A stretch of 43,918 nt of DNA, from the NCBI GenBank assembly GCA_041571435.1, contig JBFFUI010000014.1:1-43918 (forward strand), in the 5' to 3' direction. Below the pieces are notes generated by a model that was not told the DNA's origin, searched no databases, and worked only from the letters and a program-made list of their open reading frames with translations. Each line of letters opens with the position of its first letter. The first letter of the stretch is position 1. This document shows, in pieces, positions 35,646-43,918 of the stretch. The stretch is from Sulfurimonadaceae bacterium (GTDB lineage: Bacteria > Campylobacterota > Campylobacteria > Campylobacterales > Sulfurimonadaceae). The translations under genes were made by a program, and so were the position numbers.

Positions 35646-37460
35646 ATGCAAAAAACAATAGACCTGCTACAAAAGCACAATGAAATTACCGTCATCGAAG
35701 ATGAACTTGACATCTATTTAGAGATCCCGCATCTGGCATATATGGAGGTAAAAAAAGAGGATGGCGGGAAAGCTCTTCTCTTTACCAATCCGGTTGACAA
35801 AAAGAGCAACAAACATTTTGATGCCCCGGTAGTTATGAATCTCTACGGATCATACAAGCGGACTGAATTGCTGTTCGGCCGCAAGATCGAATCTGTCGCA
35901 GATGAGATTACCAAACTGCTTCATATGAAACCACCAGAAGGTCTGGGAAACAAGATCTCGATGCTGGGTGACCTGTTTCAGATGAAAAATGTTTTTCCCA
36001 AACGTTTGAAAAAAGAGGGTGAGTGTCAGGCGGTCAAAATGCTCGGTGCCGATGTAAACCTCTACGACCTTCCTGTGTTGACAACCTGGGAACAGGATGG
36101 TGGTCCGTTTATCACGATGGGGCAGGTCTATACGCAGAGTCTTGACGGTGCGATGGTCAACCTGGGGATGTACCGACTACAAGTCTATGATAAAAATCAT
36201 CTAGGTATGCACTGGCAGATCCATAAAGATGCCTCACACTTCTTCGACCAGTACCAACGTGCAGGAAAAAAGATGCCGGTGAGCATCGGTATCGGCGGTG
36301 ATCCGCTTTACACGTGGTGCGCGACAGCACCACTGCCATACGGTGTGAACGAACTGCTGCTTTACGGGTTTGTGAAAAAACAGAATGCGCAGGTCGTCAA
36401 GTCCATCACGACACCGCTCTATGTTCCAAAAGATGTCGATTATGTGATCGAAGGGTGGGTTGATCCGCTGACAATGAAGATCGAAGGACCGTTTGGCGAC
36501 CATACCGGCTACTATACACTCGAAGAGCCTTATCCTGTCATGGAGGTCAGTGCCATTACCCATAAAACAGAGCCGATGTTCCTGGCAACGGTCGTCGGCA
36601 AACCGCCTCTTGAAGACAAATACATGGGCTGGGCGACCGAGCGTATTTTCTTGCCGCTGCTCAAGACCAATGCACCTGATCTTATTGACTACCACATGCC
36701 TGAGAACGGTGTCTTTCATAACCTGATCTTTGCAAAAATGCAGCCGCTTTATAAAGGGCACGCCAAACAGTTCATGCACGTTTTTTGGGGCGCAGGACAG
36801 ATGAGTTTTGTCAAACATGCTCTCTTCATCGATGAGAAGGGGCCTGAACTAAATAACTACTTTTCATTGGTAAAATATGTACTTGACCGCTTTTCACATA
36901 AAATGCTTTTCGTGTCGGAAGGTATTACGGACGCACTGGATCACTCAAGTCCGGAAGCTCTGGTGGGCGGCAAACTTGGAATCGATGCGACACTCAAGTT
37001 CAACCCCCAATTTCCGGAACTGTTAGACGATAGTAAACTCCTGGAACAGATAAAAGAGCGCATACCCGAGGTCGAAGACCTTCGTCAATACATGTTGATG
37101 ACACCGAACCCTATTACGGTGATCACTATCAGTAAGAGCCGTTCAGTCAAAGAACTGTTTGTACTTCTGGGTGATCTTAAAGAACACCTCCGTATTGTTG
37201 CTTTCGTGGATGTAAACAATAATAATATTGACAACCCCTATATGTTAACCTGGCGTATCGTCAACAACCTTGATGCACAGCGTGATCTGAGCATTTTGGA
37301 CGAGGTTGTCTATATTGACGGTACCAACAAAAACAGTCTCGATGGATTTACACGACGTTGGCCGGACGATGTGACCTGTACGAAGGAGGTTGTTGAGAGG
37401 CTTAAAACTAAAGGCCTATGGGACTTAAACGCAGAGTTGGAAGCAAGGTATCAACTGTAA
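35646..37460 (+). CDS. UbiD-family decarboxylase, menaquinone (futalosine pathway) type
   Basis: DGGPFIT, NLGMYRLQ, MHWQIHK, EGPFGDHTGYY, VGKPPLED, DALDHS, GGKLGIDAT. Confidence 0.92.
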   Translation: MQKTIDLLQKHNEITVIEDELDIYLEIPHLAYMEVKKEDGGKALLFTNPVDKKSNKHFDAPVVMNLYGSYKRTELLFGRKIESVADEITKLLHMKPPEGLGNKISMLGDLFQMKNVFPKRLKKEGECQAVKMLGADVNLYDLPVLTTWEQDGGPFITMGQVYTQSLDGAMVNLGMYRLQVYDKNHLGMHWQIHKDASHFFDQYQRAGKKMPVSIGIGGDPLYTWCATAPLPYGVNELLLYGFVKKQNAQVVKSITTPLYVPKDVDYVIEGWVDPLTMKIEGPFGDHTGYYTLEEPYPVMEVSAITHKTEPMFLATVVGKPPLEDKYMGWATERIFLPLLKTNAPDLIDYHMPENGVFHNLIFAKMQPLYKGHAKQFMHVFWGAGQMSFVKHALFIDEKGPELNNYFSLVKYVLDRFSHKMLFVSEGITDALDHSSPEALVGGKLGIDATLKFNPQFPELLDDSKLLEQIKERIPEVEDLRQYMLMTPNPITVITISKSRSVKELFVLLGDLKEHLRIVAFVDVNNNNIDNPYMLTWRIVNNLDAQRDLSILDEVVYIDGTNKNSLDGFTRRWPDDVTCTKEVVERLKTKGLWDLNAELEARYQL

Positions 37461-37645
37461 GAAACAAATATAAAACAACATAAAAGAGCTGTAAATATGC
37501 TCTTGATTACTTTTACTTATTCTTAATCCGTAACATCTCATCCAATCTTCAAGAACTCCTTCATTTTCCCTCTCAGGTTAAGGCAAATATTATTTTTGAT
37601 AATGTACTATGAATACAATAATTAAAGGTCTAAAGGTTCTTGTAT

Positions 37646-37981
37646 ATGAAAAAAGTGATTATATACGTGCTTGCTATAACTGTTCTAGGACTAGGTTCTG
37701 CGGAAGCAGCTGTTTATAAAGGTCAGAAAGTCTACATTAAGAAATGTCGAAAATGTCATGGAGGCGGACTTGAAGTGGCAGCTTCAAAAAAGAAGAAAAC
37801 ATGGAAAAAGCTCATGAAGAACAAAGGTGAAGGTTTAGCTAAACTCCACCTTGACAATAAAAAAGCGAAAAAGTCATGGAAATATTTTGAAAGCAAGAAA
37901 TATCAAAAACGTGCCAAGCACCTACAAGACTTTATGGTCGAATATGCAAAAGACAGCGGTAACGTTCCAGCCTGTAACTAA
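37646..37981 (+). CDS. Monoheme cytochrome c, very Lys-rich
   Basis: Signal peptide ending AEA; KGQKVYIKKCRKCHG; C-terminus EYAKDSGNVPACN. Confidence 0.9.
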   Translation: MKKVIIYVLAITVLGLGSAEAAVYKGQKVYIKKCRKCHGGGLEVAASKKKKTWKKLMKNKGEGLAKLHLDNKKAKKSWKYFESKKYQKRAKHLQDFMVEYAKDSGNVPACN

Positions 37982-37992
37982 AGCACACACAT

Positions 37993-38020
37993 AAGCAGAG
38001 GGTATACACTTCTGCTTTTT
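37993..38020 (+). terminator. Rho-independent terminator
   Basis: AAGCAGAGGG-TATA-CACTTCTGCTT followed by TTT. Confidence 0.75.
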
Positions 38021-38133
38021 CACACAACACTTTCCCTCTAAAACTCTTCCAAAATACAAAGCATTGAAAAAATCAGGTAAAATACGAAAACTATTTCCAC
38101 ACGTGTGATATGTGTGCTATTACGGGAGCCAAT

Positions 38134-39522
38134 ATGGATAAAATGTGGTCAGGTCGTTTCAGTGAAGGTGCCGCTTCACTTCTAGATGATTTTAATGCCT
38201 CAATTATGTTTGATCGTCGTCTTTACAGAGAAGATATAGAGGGCTCACTTGCCCACGCTGCAATGCTGCAAGCGCAGGGTATATTAAACGAAGAAGAACT
38301 CAAAGCGATTCAAGAAGGTATGCGACAGGTTCTTGAAGAGATCGAGTCCGGGGTGTTTGAATGGAAGATCTCGGATGAAGACCTGCATATGGCGATCGAA
38401 AAGCGTCTGACAGCTATTATCGGTGAGACAGGCGGCAAATTGCATACCGCACGTTCACGCAACGATCAGGTCGCTGTTGATTTCCGCCGCTACGTGCTGC
38501 GTAAAGATCGCGAGATCGCGCAGCTAATAAAATCGCTGTTGGAAGTCATTGTCGATATCGCGTCCAAACATACGGAGACATTGATACCGGGTATGACCCA
38601 CCTTCAGCATGCGCAGCCGATCAATTTCGGGTTCCATATGCTGGCATATGCATCGATGTTCAAACGTGACATTGAACGTTTTGAGGACTCAAGACGCCGT
38701 AATAACATCTCGCCGCTTGGATGTGCTGCACTTGCCGGTACACCGCACAATATCAATCGCGAGATGACGGCGGATACACTCGGTTTTGACAGTGTCAGTG
38801 TTAACTGTCTGGACACTGTCAGTGACCGTGATTTTGCACTGGAGATTCTCTTTAATATCTCGACGATGATGATGCATATCTCACGTCTGAGCGAAGAGAT
38901 CATTCTCTGGTCGAGTTATGAGTTTGGTTTTGTTGAGCTCTCTGATGCCTACTCGACAGGCTCGTCGATCATGCCACAAAAGAAAAACCCGGATGTGCCT
39001 GAACTGCTTCGCGGCAAGACAGGACGTGTCAACGGCAACCTGATCTCGCTCCTGACGGTGATGAAGGGATTGCCGCTGGCCTACAACAAAGATACCCAGG
39101 AAGATAAAGAGGGTGTCTTTGACAGTATCGATACGGCGGAACTCTCTTTGGAGATCCTGCGCGAAGCGCTTAAGACGATGACAATCAAAGTGGACAACAT
39201 GGAAAAGGCGTGTCAAAAAGGGCATCTGACAGCGACTGACCTAGCGGATTACCTTGTCGAGAAGTGCGGCGTACCATTTAGAGAGACACACTTTATCTCC
39301 GGAAAAGCGGTTGCCCGTGCAGAGAGCCTCGGGATAGATGTCAGCGAGATGAGTTTCGATGAACTTAAAAAGATCGATGCTCGTATCAAAGAGGACGTTA
39401 TGCCATACCTTGCACTCCGTAACTCTATGAACGCCCGTGAATCTCAGGGTGGGACATCAACACTCCGTACAAAAGAACAGCTTGTTCAATTTCAAGACTA
39501 TATTAAAGGTTTATCACTATGA
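38134..39522 (+). CDS. argH: Argininosuccinate lyase
   Basis: [59 protein letters not shown] precedes ATG 38134. Confidence 0.99.
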   Translation: MDKMWSGRFSEGAASLLDDFNASIMFDRRLYREDIEGSLAHAAMLQAQGILNEEELKAIQEGMRQVLEEIESGVFEWKISDEDLHMAIEKRLTAIIGETGGKLHTARSRNDQVAVDFRRYVLRKDREIAQLIKSLLEVIVDIASKHTETLIPGMTHLQHAQPINFGFHMLAYASMFKRDIERFEDSRRRNNISPLGCAALAGTPHNINREMTADTLGFDSVSVNCLDTVSDRDFALEILFNISTMMMHISRLSEEIILWSSYEFGFVELSDAYSTGSSIMPQKKNPDVPELLRGKTGRVNGNLISLLTVMKGLPLAYNKDTQEDKEGVFDSIDTAELSLEILREALKTMTIKVDNMEKACQKGHLTATDLADYLVEKCGVPFRETHFISGKAVARAESLGIDVSEMSFDELKKIDARIKEDVMPYLALRNSMNARESQGGTSTLRTKEQLVQFQDYIKGLSL

Positions 39523-39989
39523 AGATCTCGGTAGCGCACAAAGAGGCGATGAAATTTGAGGCGACAACGGCAAAAAGCAGTTTTATTATCGATTGTCCGA
39601 CAATCAGTCCAATCGAGTACTTCTTAAGCGGCATCATCACCTGCAGTGCGACCGACGTTTATATGCTGCCGCAAAACCAGGGCAAGACCGTGACGGACCT
39701 GGTTGTTGATGGCGAAGTCGTTCGCAATGAGGACCACCCAAAAAAGTTTAATTCACTTCATTTGACGTATACGTTTAATTCCGATGCCGACAATGATGAT
39801 CAGGCGGCACGCTGGGTTATGGCAAGTGTCGAGACCTACTGTTCGACGATCAATACGATCCGTGACACGACAAAGATCTCGTACACCATTGTGCATAATG
39901 GCAAAACGATCCGCGAAAATGAAGAGATGATCAGTGGTCAAGGTGCAAACGTAGACCTTGGCGAACTGGATGCCTGCTGCCCGTCTTAG
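39519..39989 (+). CDS. OsmC/YhfA family protein
   Basis: [33 protein letters not shown]. Confidence 0.85.
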   Translation: MKISVAHKEAMKFEATTAKSSFIIDCPTISPIEYFLSGIITCSATDVYMLPQNQGKTVTDLVVDGEVVRNEDHPKKFNSLHLTYTFNSDADNDDQAARWVMASVETYCSTINTIRDTTKISYTIVHNGKTIRENEEMISGQGANVDLGELDACCPS

Positions 39990-40114
39990 AATGAAATTCA
40001 GCCCGGACGGGTTTATCTCTCATTAAAAACAGATGACCTCTTGGGCATTGGATTTGTCTTTTTCATATGTATTCAGATCAATTATTACAAATAATAATGT
40101 GATATAATTGATGC

Positions 40115-40555
40115 ATGATAAGTATGATTAAAGAGAATCGAAGTAAATATCAAAAGATTATTGTTGATAAAATCGATGATTATTTTTACAAACGTACACG
40201 GTATGATCAACATTTTTCATTGGCCGTTGTTCTCTCTAGTCCTGACATAGACATCAGTGTTTTTAACGAACATAATCGTCAGACCGATATGTTTATCGTA
40301 TTAGAAAAAAACCTCTGTTGCGAAATATTTGACGGTACTACTGAAGAGAGTGGCATAAAAGCTGCGTCTAACCTACTTACCAGTTTTGAAAGCCACTTTT
40401 ATACTAAACGGATCGTAATAAGTATCGTGTATTCTAAAGACTATAACACGAGCTCGCAAATGGTCCATCGGCTTTTCGATATCCTGGACTATGCCTATTC
40501 ACACAAATTGGAAAATATGGTGGTTGATAACTCATTGGTGATCAAAGATTATTAA
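40115..40555 (+). CDS. Hypothetical protein, possibly a degenerate GGDEF-like fold
   Basis: RY...FSLAVV, RQTD, FDGTTEESGIKAA follow the cyclase-fold pattern but there is no GGDEF motif. Confidence 0.55.
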   Translation: MISMIKENRSKYQKIIVDKIDDYFYKRTRYDQHFSLAVVLSSPDIDISVFNEHNRQTDMFIVLEKNLCCEIFDGTTEESGIKAASNLLTSFESHFYTKRIVISIVYSKDYNTSSQMVHRLFDILDYAYSHKLENMVVDNSLVIKDY

Positions 40556-40662
40556 GCACCCCTCCTGACACTCCTATTCCAAAAATTGTTTTTGAAATCT
40601 ATACTGATCGTTAAAAATTATATTTTATTACTGACAGAACGACGGAACGTGCAAGGAGATTA

Positions 40663-41049
40663 ATGTTCGCTTTTTATGAGAGTGATTGGTTCACCATCAC
40701 GTTAGAGATACTGTTTATGCTCTTCATTGTTTATGATGCTAGACGTTATCTCCAAACACGTAAACGCGAGTACCTTCTCAACATCGTTCTCGCGGTTGTT
40801 TTTTTCTTTTGGGCATTGATACCGTTTTATAACAAGTATTTCAGCTGGCAGGATGGAGATAAAGAGCGTGTTCTGACAGCGTGTGTCAAAGAGTACAATC
40901 AAAGTTACTGCTCTTGTCTGGATGACAAGATCTTTAAAGAGTATGATCTTGAGACATTTATGGTTTTGAATAAGCAGGAAGATACGGATTATCAAGAGTT
41001 TATGGATGATGTTGACAAAGAGTGCCGCGGTGAAGACGGTTGGTTCTGA
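40663..41049 (+). CDS. Hypothetical membrane protein (2 TM plus a Cys-containing domain)
   Basis: AAGGAG SD; two hydrophobic segments; ACVKEYNQSYCSCLDD...EC. Confidence 0.8.
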   Translation: MFAFYESDWFTITLEILFMLFIVYDARRYLQTRKREYLLNIVLAVVFFFWALIPFYNKYFSWQDGDKERVLTACVKEYNQSYCSCLDDKIFKEYDLETFMVLNKQEDTDYQEFMDDVDKECRGEDGWF

Positions 41050-41113
41050 TCTATTTGTCTAGATGTTGTCAGTAGACGTTTACAATCGTGTAAGAAGAGA
41101 GCGATAACAGAAG

Positions 41114-41140
41114 AAAAAAGTCCCTTGGAACAAGGGACTT
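41114..41140 (-). terminator. Rho-independent terminator of the HIT gene
   Basis: Perfect 10-bp stem AAGTCCCTTG-GAA-CAAGGGACTT with a T run on the minus strand. Confidence 0.8.
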
Positions 41141-41145
41141 AAGGA

Positions 41146-41502
41146 TTATAAGAAGTCTTTCGGATCGGCATCGATCAGATGAGGAAAGGTCAATTTTGCC
41201 CCGCCGATGACGTGCCAGTGCAGGTGATTAACCTCTTGGCCGCCATTATGGCCGATATTACTGATCAAACGGTATCCTGACTCTTTGATATCGATATGGT
41301 CTACTAACTCCTGAATAAAGGAAGTCATTCCTGCCATGGTCTCAGGGCTGACTTCGTTGAAACTGTCAACATGTTGTTTAGGGATGACAAGAATATGCAC
41401 GGGTGCTTTTGGGTTGATATCATGAAAGGCTAGAAAGTCTTCATTTTCCATCTCGATGTTCCCGGGGATCTCTTTATTGACAATTTTACAAAACAGACAC
41501 AT
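41146..41502 (-). CDS. Histidine triad (HIT/HinT) nucleotide-binding protein
   Basis: CLFCKI, AFHDINPKAPVHILVIPK, GGQEVNHLHWHVIGG. Confidence 0.96.
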   Translation of the reverse strand: MCLFCKIVNKEIPGNIEMENEDFLAFHDINPKAPVHILVIPKQHVDSFNEVSPETMAGMTSFIQELVDHIDIKESGYRLISNIGHNGGQEVNHLHWHVIGGAKLTFPHLIDADPKDFL

Positions 41503-41692
41503 CTATTTACCTCTGAATATTGATTTTTATCATTGTATCACAGAGTTGTTAAATCACACAGTTTCATGCTGTCAAAAGCCCGCAAAACAGGGCTTCAAGA
41601 TAAAGTTAAAACTCTTTGGATAAAATACGCGATATTATCTAAAGGCGAGGGGCCGAACTGGTCCCTATTAAGAGCCGGTATGGAGACCCCAT

Positions 41693-42685
41693 TTGACACA
41701 GTGGTATGAAAAAATAGAAGCAGCGGATTCGGTAGCAGAACTCGAAGAGATCCGTATTGCTGTTTTTGGTAAAAAAGGTGTGCTTGCAGCCGAATTTGCC
41801 AAAATGAAAACAGTCGCCAATGAAGAGAAAGCAGAGTTTGCCAAAAACCTGAACATTCATAAAGGTAAAATGACAGAACTGTTCAACCAGCGCAAGGCTG
41901 TTTTGGCAACAGAGGCCCTTAAAGCGGCGATGAAAGCAGAGAAGATCGATGTCTCTCTCTTTTCTTCAACGACTGAACGCGGTGCACTGCACCCGGTTAT
42001 GCAGACGATGGACCGTATTGTCGAGTACTTTGTCTCCATGAACTTTGCCGTTAACACCGGACCTATGGTCGAAGATGACTTCCATAACTTTGAAGCATTG
42101 AACCTGCCGAAGTACCATCCGGCTCGTGACATGCAGGATACGTTCTATTTCAAAGACGAGATGCTCCTGCGTACCCACACATCACCGGTACAGATCCGTA
42201 CGATGATGAACACGAAACCACCGATACGCATGATCGCTCCGGGCTCTGTCTTCAGACGTGACCTCGACCTGACGCATACACCGATGTTCCATCAGGTAGA
42301 GGGTCTGGTTGTTGACGAGGAGGGAAAAGTCTCTTTTGCCAATCTGAAGTTCATACTCGAAGATTTTCTAAAGTACATGTTCGGCGATGTCGAAGTACGT
42401 TTTCGTCCAAGTTTCTTTCCGTTTACGGAGCCATCGGCTGAAGTCGACATCAGCTGTATCTTCTGTAAAGGGAAGGGGTGCCGTGTCTGTTCCAAGACAG
42501 GCTGGCTGGAGGTCCTCGGCTGCGGGATCGTCGATCCGAATGTGTTTGAAGCCGTCGGATACAAAGATGTCAGCGGTTACGCTTTTGGCCTTGGTGTCGA
42601 GCGTTTCGCGATGCTTATTCAACACATCGGAGACCTTCGTTCACTGTTCGAGGGTGATGTCAGACTTTTGGAGCAGTTTCAATGA
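41693..42685 (+). CDS. pheS: Phenylalanine--tRNA ligase alpha subunit
   Basis: [55 protein letters not shown] start. Confidence 0.99.
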   Translation: MTQWYEKIEAADSVAELEEIRIAVFGKKGVLAAEFAKMKTVANEEKAEFAKNLNIHKGKMTELFNQRKAVLATEALKAAMKAEKIDVSLFSSTTERGALHPVMQTMDRIVEYFVSMNFAVNTGPMVEDDFHNFEALNLPKYHPARDMQDTFYFKDEMLLRTHTSPVQIRTMMNTKPPIRMIAPGSVFRRDLDLTHTPMFHQVEGLVVDEEGKVSFANLKFILEDFLKYMFGDVEVRFRPSFFPFTEPSAEVDISCIFCKGKGCRVCSKTGWLEVLGCGIVDPNVFEAVGYKDVSGYAFGLGVERFAMLIQHIGDLRSLFEGDVRLLEQFQ

Positions 42686-43918
42686 TCGTTACACGCAGTT
42701 GGTTAAACGAGTGGATTAAACTCGATGATATTTCGACAGAAGATTTGGCAAAGACCTTTAACAGTATCGGTCTGGAAGTCGACCGTATTGAGTCATTTGA
42801 CATTCCGGAAAAGATTGTTTTCGGTCAGGTGACAGCCTGTGAAAAACACCCCGATGCGGACAAACTGAACATCTGTCAAGTCGATCTCGGTTCAACAACA
42901 CGTCAGATCGTCTGTGGTGCGGCAAATGTACGTGAGGGGATTACAGTCGCTGTTGCAACACTGGGTGCCGAGATGCCCGGTGGGCTCAAGATCAAGCCGG
43001 TTAAACTTCGCGGCATCGATTCTGAAGGGATGATCTGTTCATCCACGGAGATCGGTCTGCCAAAACTGGAAGACGGAATTATGATTATCGATGAGAGTGT
43101 CGGCGATGTCAAGCTTGGTGAAGAGGTCCGAAACAACCCTTACTTTAACGATGACCTGATCGAGATCGAATTGACGGCAAATCGTGGCGACTGTCTCAGT
43201 ATCCGCGGTGTAGCACGTGACCTTTGTGCTGCTTATGATCGCCCGCTCAAAAAGATGAAAAGTGAAGATACGGACCAGACACGCCTCGGTATCGGTCGCC
43301 TGCTTCAGCTTATGCAGGATGACACGCTGGATGTCGATCTTACCTACCGCGCACTTGACCTGAGAGGACTGGAGCTGCCGCTTTCGATTCGTCTGCGTCT
43401 GGCACAGATCGATGGGACAAAAGAGAATGCAATCGAGGGACTTCTCTGGTATGCGACTTATAGTACCGGTGTTGTCCTCCGTGGCTATCACTACGGATTC
43501 TTCAACAATGATGAGCAAAACAAAGCGATCTGCACATTGAAGCGCGATGAAAAAGGTTTTGCCACCGTCTATAACGATCAAAAGGCTTCAACTGTCGGTA
43601 TTTACCAAGAAGATGCTTCTCGAGTCACCTATGATGAGGGGGTGATGTTCCTTGAAGCGAGCTACATCCCACCGGAGATCATCTCCAGACAGATGGCAGA
43701 GAACAAGATCGAAAGCGGACCACACTTTTACCGTACATCACGCGGTTCAGAGCCTGAACTTGAGATCGGACTTGAATATGTGCTCAATCTTTTTGAATGC
43801 TATTCGGATTCGGCTATCTACGGCGGTAGTATTGATGTCAGAAGCAAGTTCACTGAAAAAGTCATCGGTATCACTGTAGATGAGATCAATGCAATCATCG
43901 GTATGGAGGTCCAAAAAG
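42682..43918 (+). CDS. pheT: Phenylalanine--tRNA ligase beta subunit (5' part, runs off the window)
   Basis: Not in the ORF track. ATG 42682 overlaps the pheS stop; reads [56 protein letters not shown]. Confidence 0.98.
   Translation, partial: MIVTRSWLNEWIKLDDISTEDLAKTFNSIGLEVDRIESFDIPEKIVFGQVTACEKHPDADKLNICQVDLGSTTRQIVCGAANVREGITVAVATLGAEMPGGLKIKPVKLRGIDSEGMICSSTEIGLPKLEDGIMIIDESVGDVKLGEEVRNNPYFNDDLIEIELTANRGDCLSIRGVARDLCAAYDRPLKKMKSEDTDQTRLGIGRLLQLMQDDTLDVDLTYRALDLRGLELPLSIRLRLAQIDGTKENAIEGLLWYATYSTGVVLRGYHYGFFNNDEQNKAICTLKRDEKGFATVYNDQKASTVGIYQEDASRVTYDEGVMFLEASYIPPEIISRQMAENKIESGPHFYRTSRGSEPELEIGLEYVLNLFECYSDSAIYGGSIDVRSKFTEKVIGITVDEINAIIGMEVQK

Noticed and set aside
41630..41692. T-box or pheM-type attenuator upstream of pheS
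   Set aside because: The leader is too short, has no T-box consensus, no Phe-codon leader ORF and no U-tailed terminator.
296..43879. The many 60-240 aa antisense or out-of-frame ORFs in the track (e.g. 15763-16308, 27514-28245, 36234-36818, 43039-43581)
   Set aside because: They lie inside well-supported genes, lack SDs and motifs, and are typical shadow ORFs.
1..43918. CRISPR arrays, rRNA/tRNA genes, IS elements, integrases, prophage genes
   Set aside because: No spaced direct repeats, cloverleafs, or transposase/integrase motifs seen by eye; nearly all space is taken by identifiable CDSs.

Overview
A 43.9 kb chromosomal window from a Campylobacterota (Epsilonproteobacteria) bacterium, probably Sulfurimonas/Sulfurovum-like. 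This is inferred from the gene order (PpiD-like/ftsA/ftsZ; rsmH/ftsL-like/RND; hemA/proS/fxsA/Dsb/hemC), the sorAB genes and the extended TGnTAnAAT promoters. Most of it is housekeeping: cell division, biotin, proline use (putAP), heme, quinone, arginine and aminoacyl-tRNA synthetases. Two accessory stretches (about 8.6-11.9 kb and 17.3-20.4 kb) hold poorly characterised genes. I found no rRNA, tRNA, CRISPR array, transposase or integrase, and no large novel multi-gene system that I can demonstrate. The best leads are: (1) a signal-peptide ORF (11498-11917) missed by the ORF track, split by one in-frame UGA that is followed by a SECIS-like hairpin; (2) a divergent NYN/PIN nuclease next to a YaiI/YqxD gene; (3) a YeiE-type LysR regulator divergent from sorAB; (4) putP apparently starting at a non-canonical ATC; (5) a structured pheS leader; and (6) several small Cys-rich or pseudo-enzyme proteins. 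All calls come from motif recognition by eye; no searches were run.
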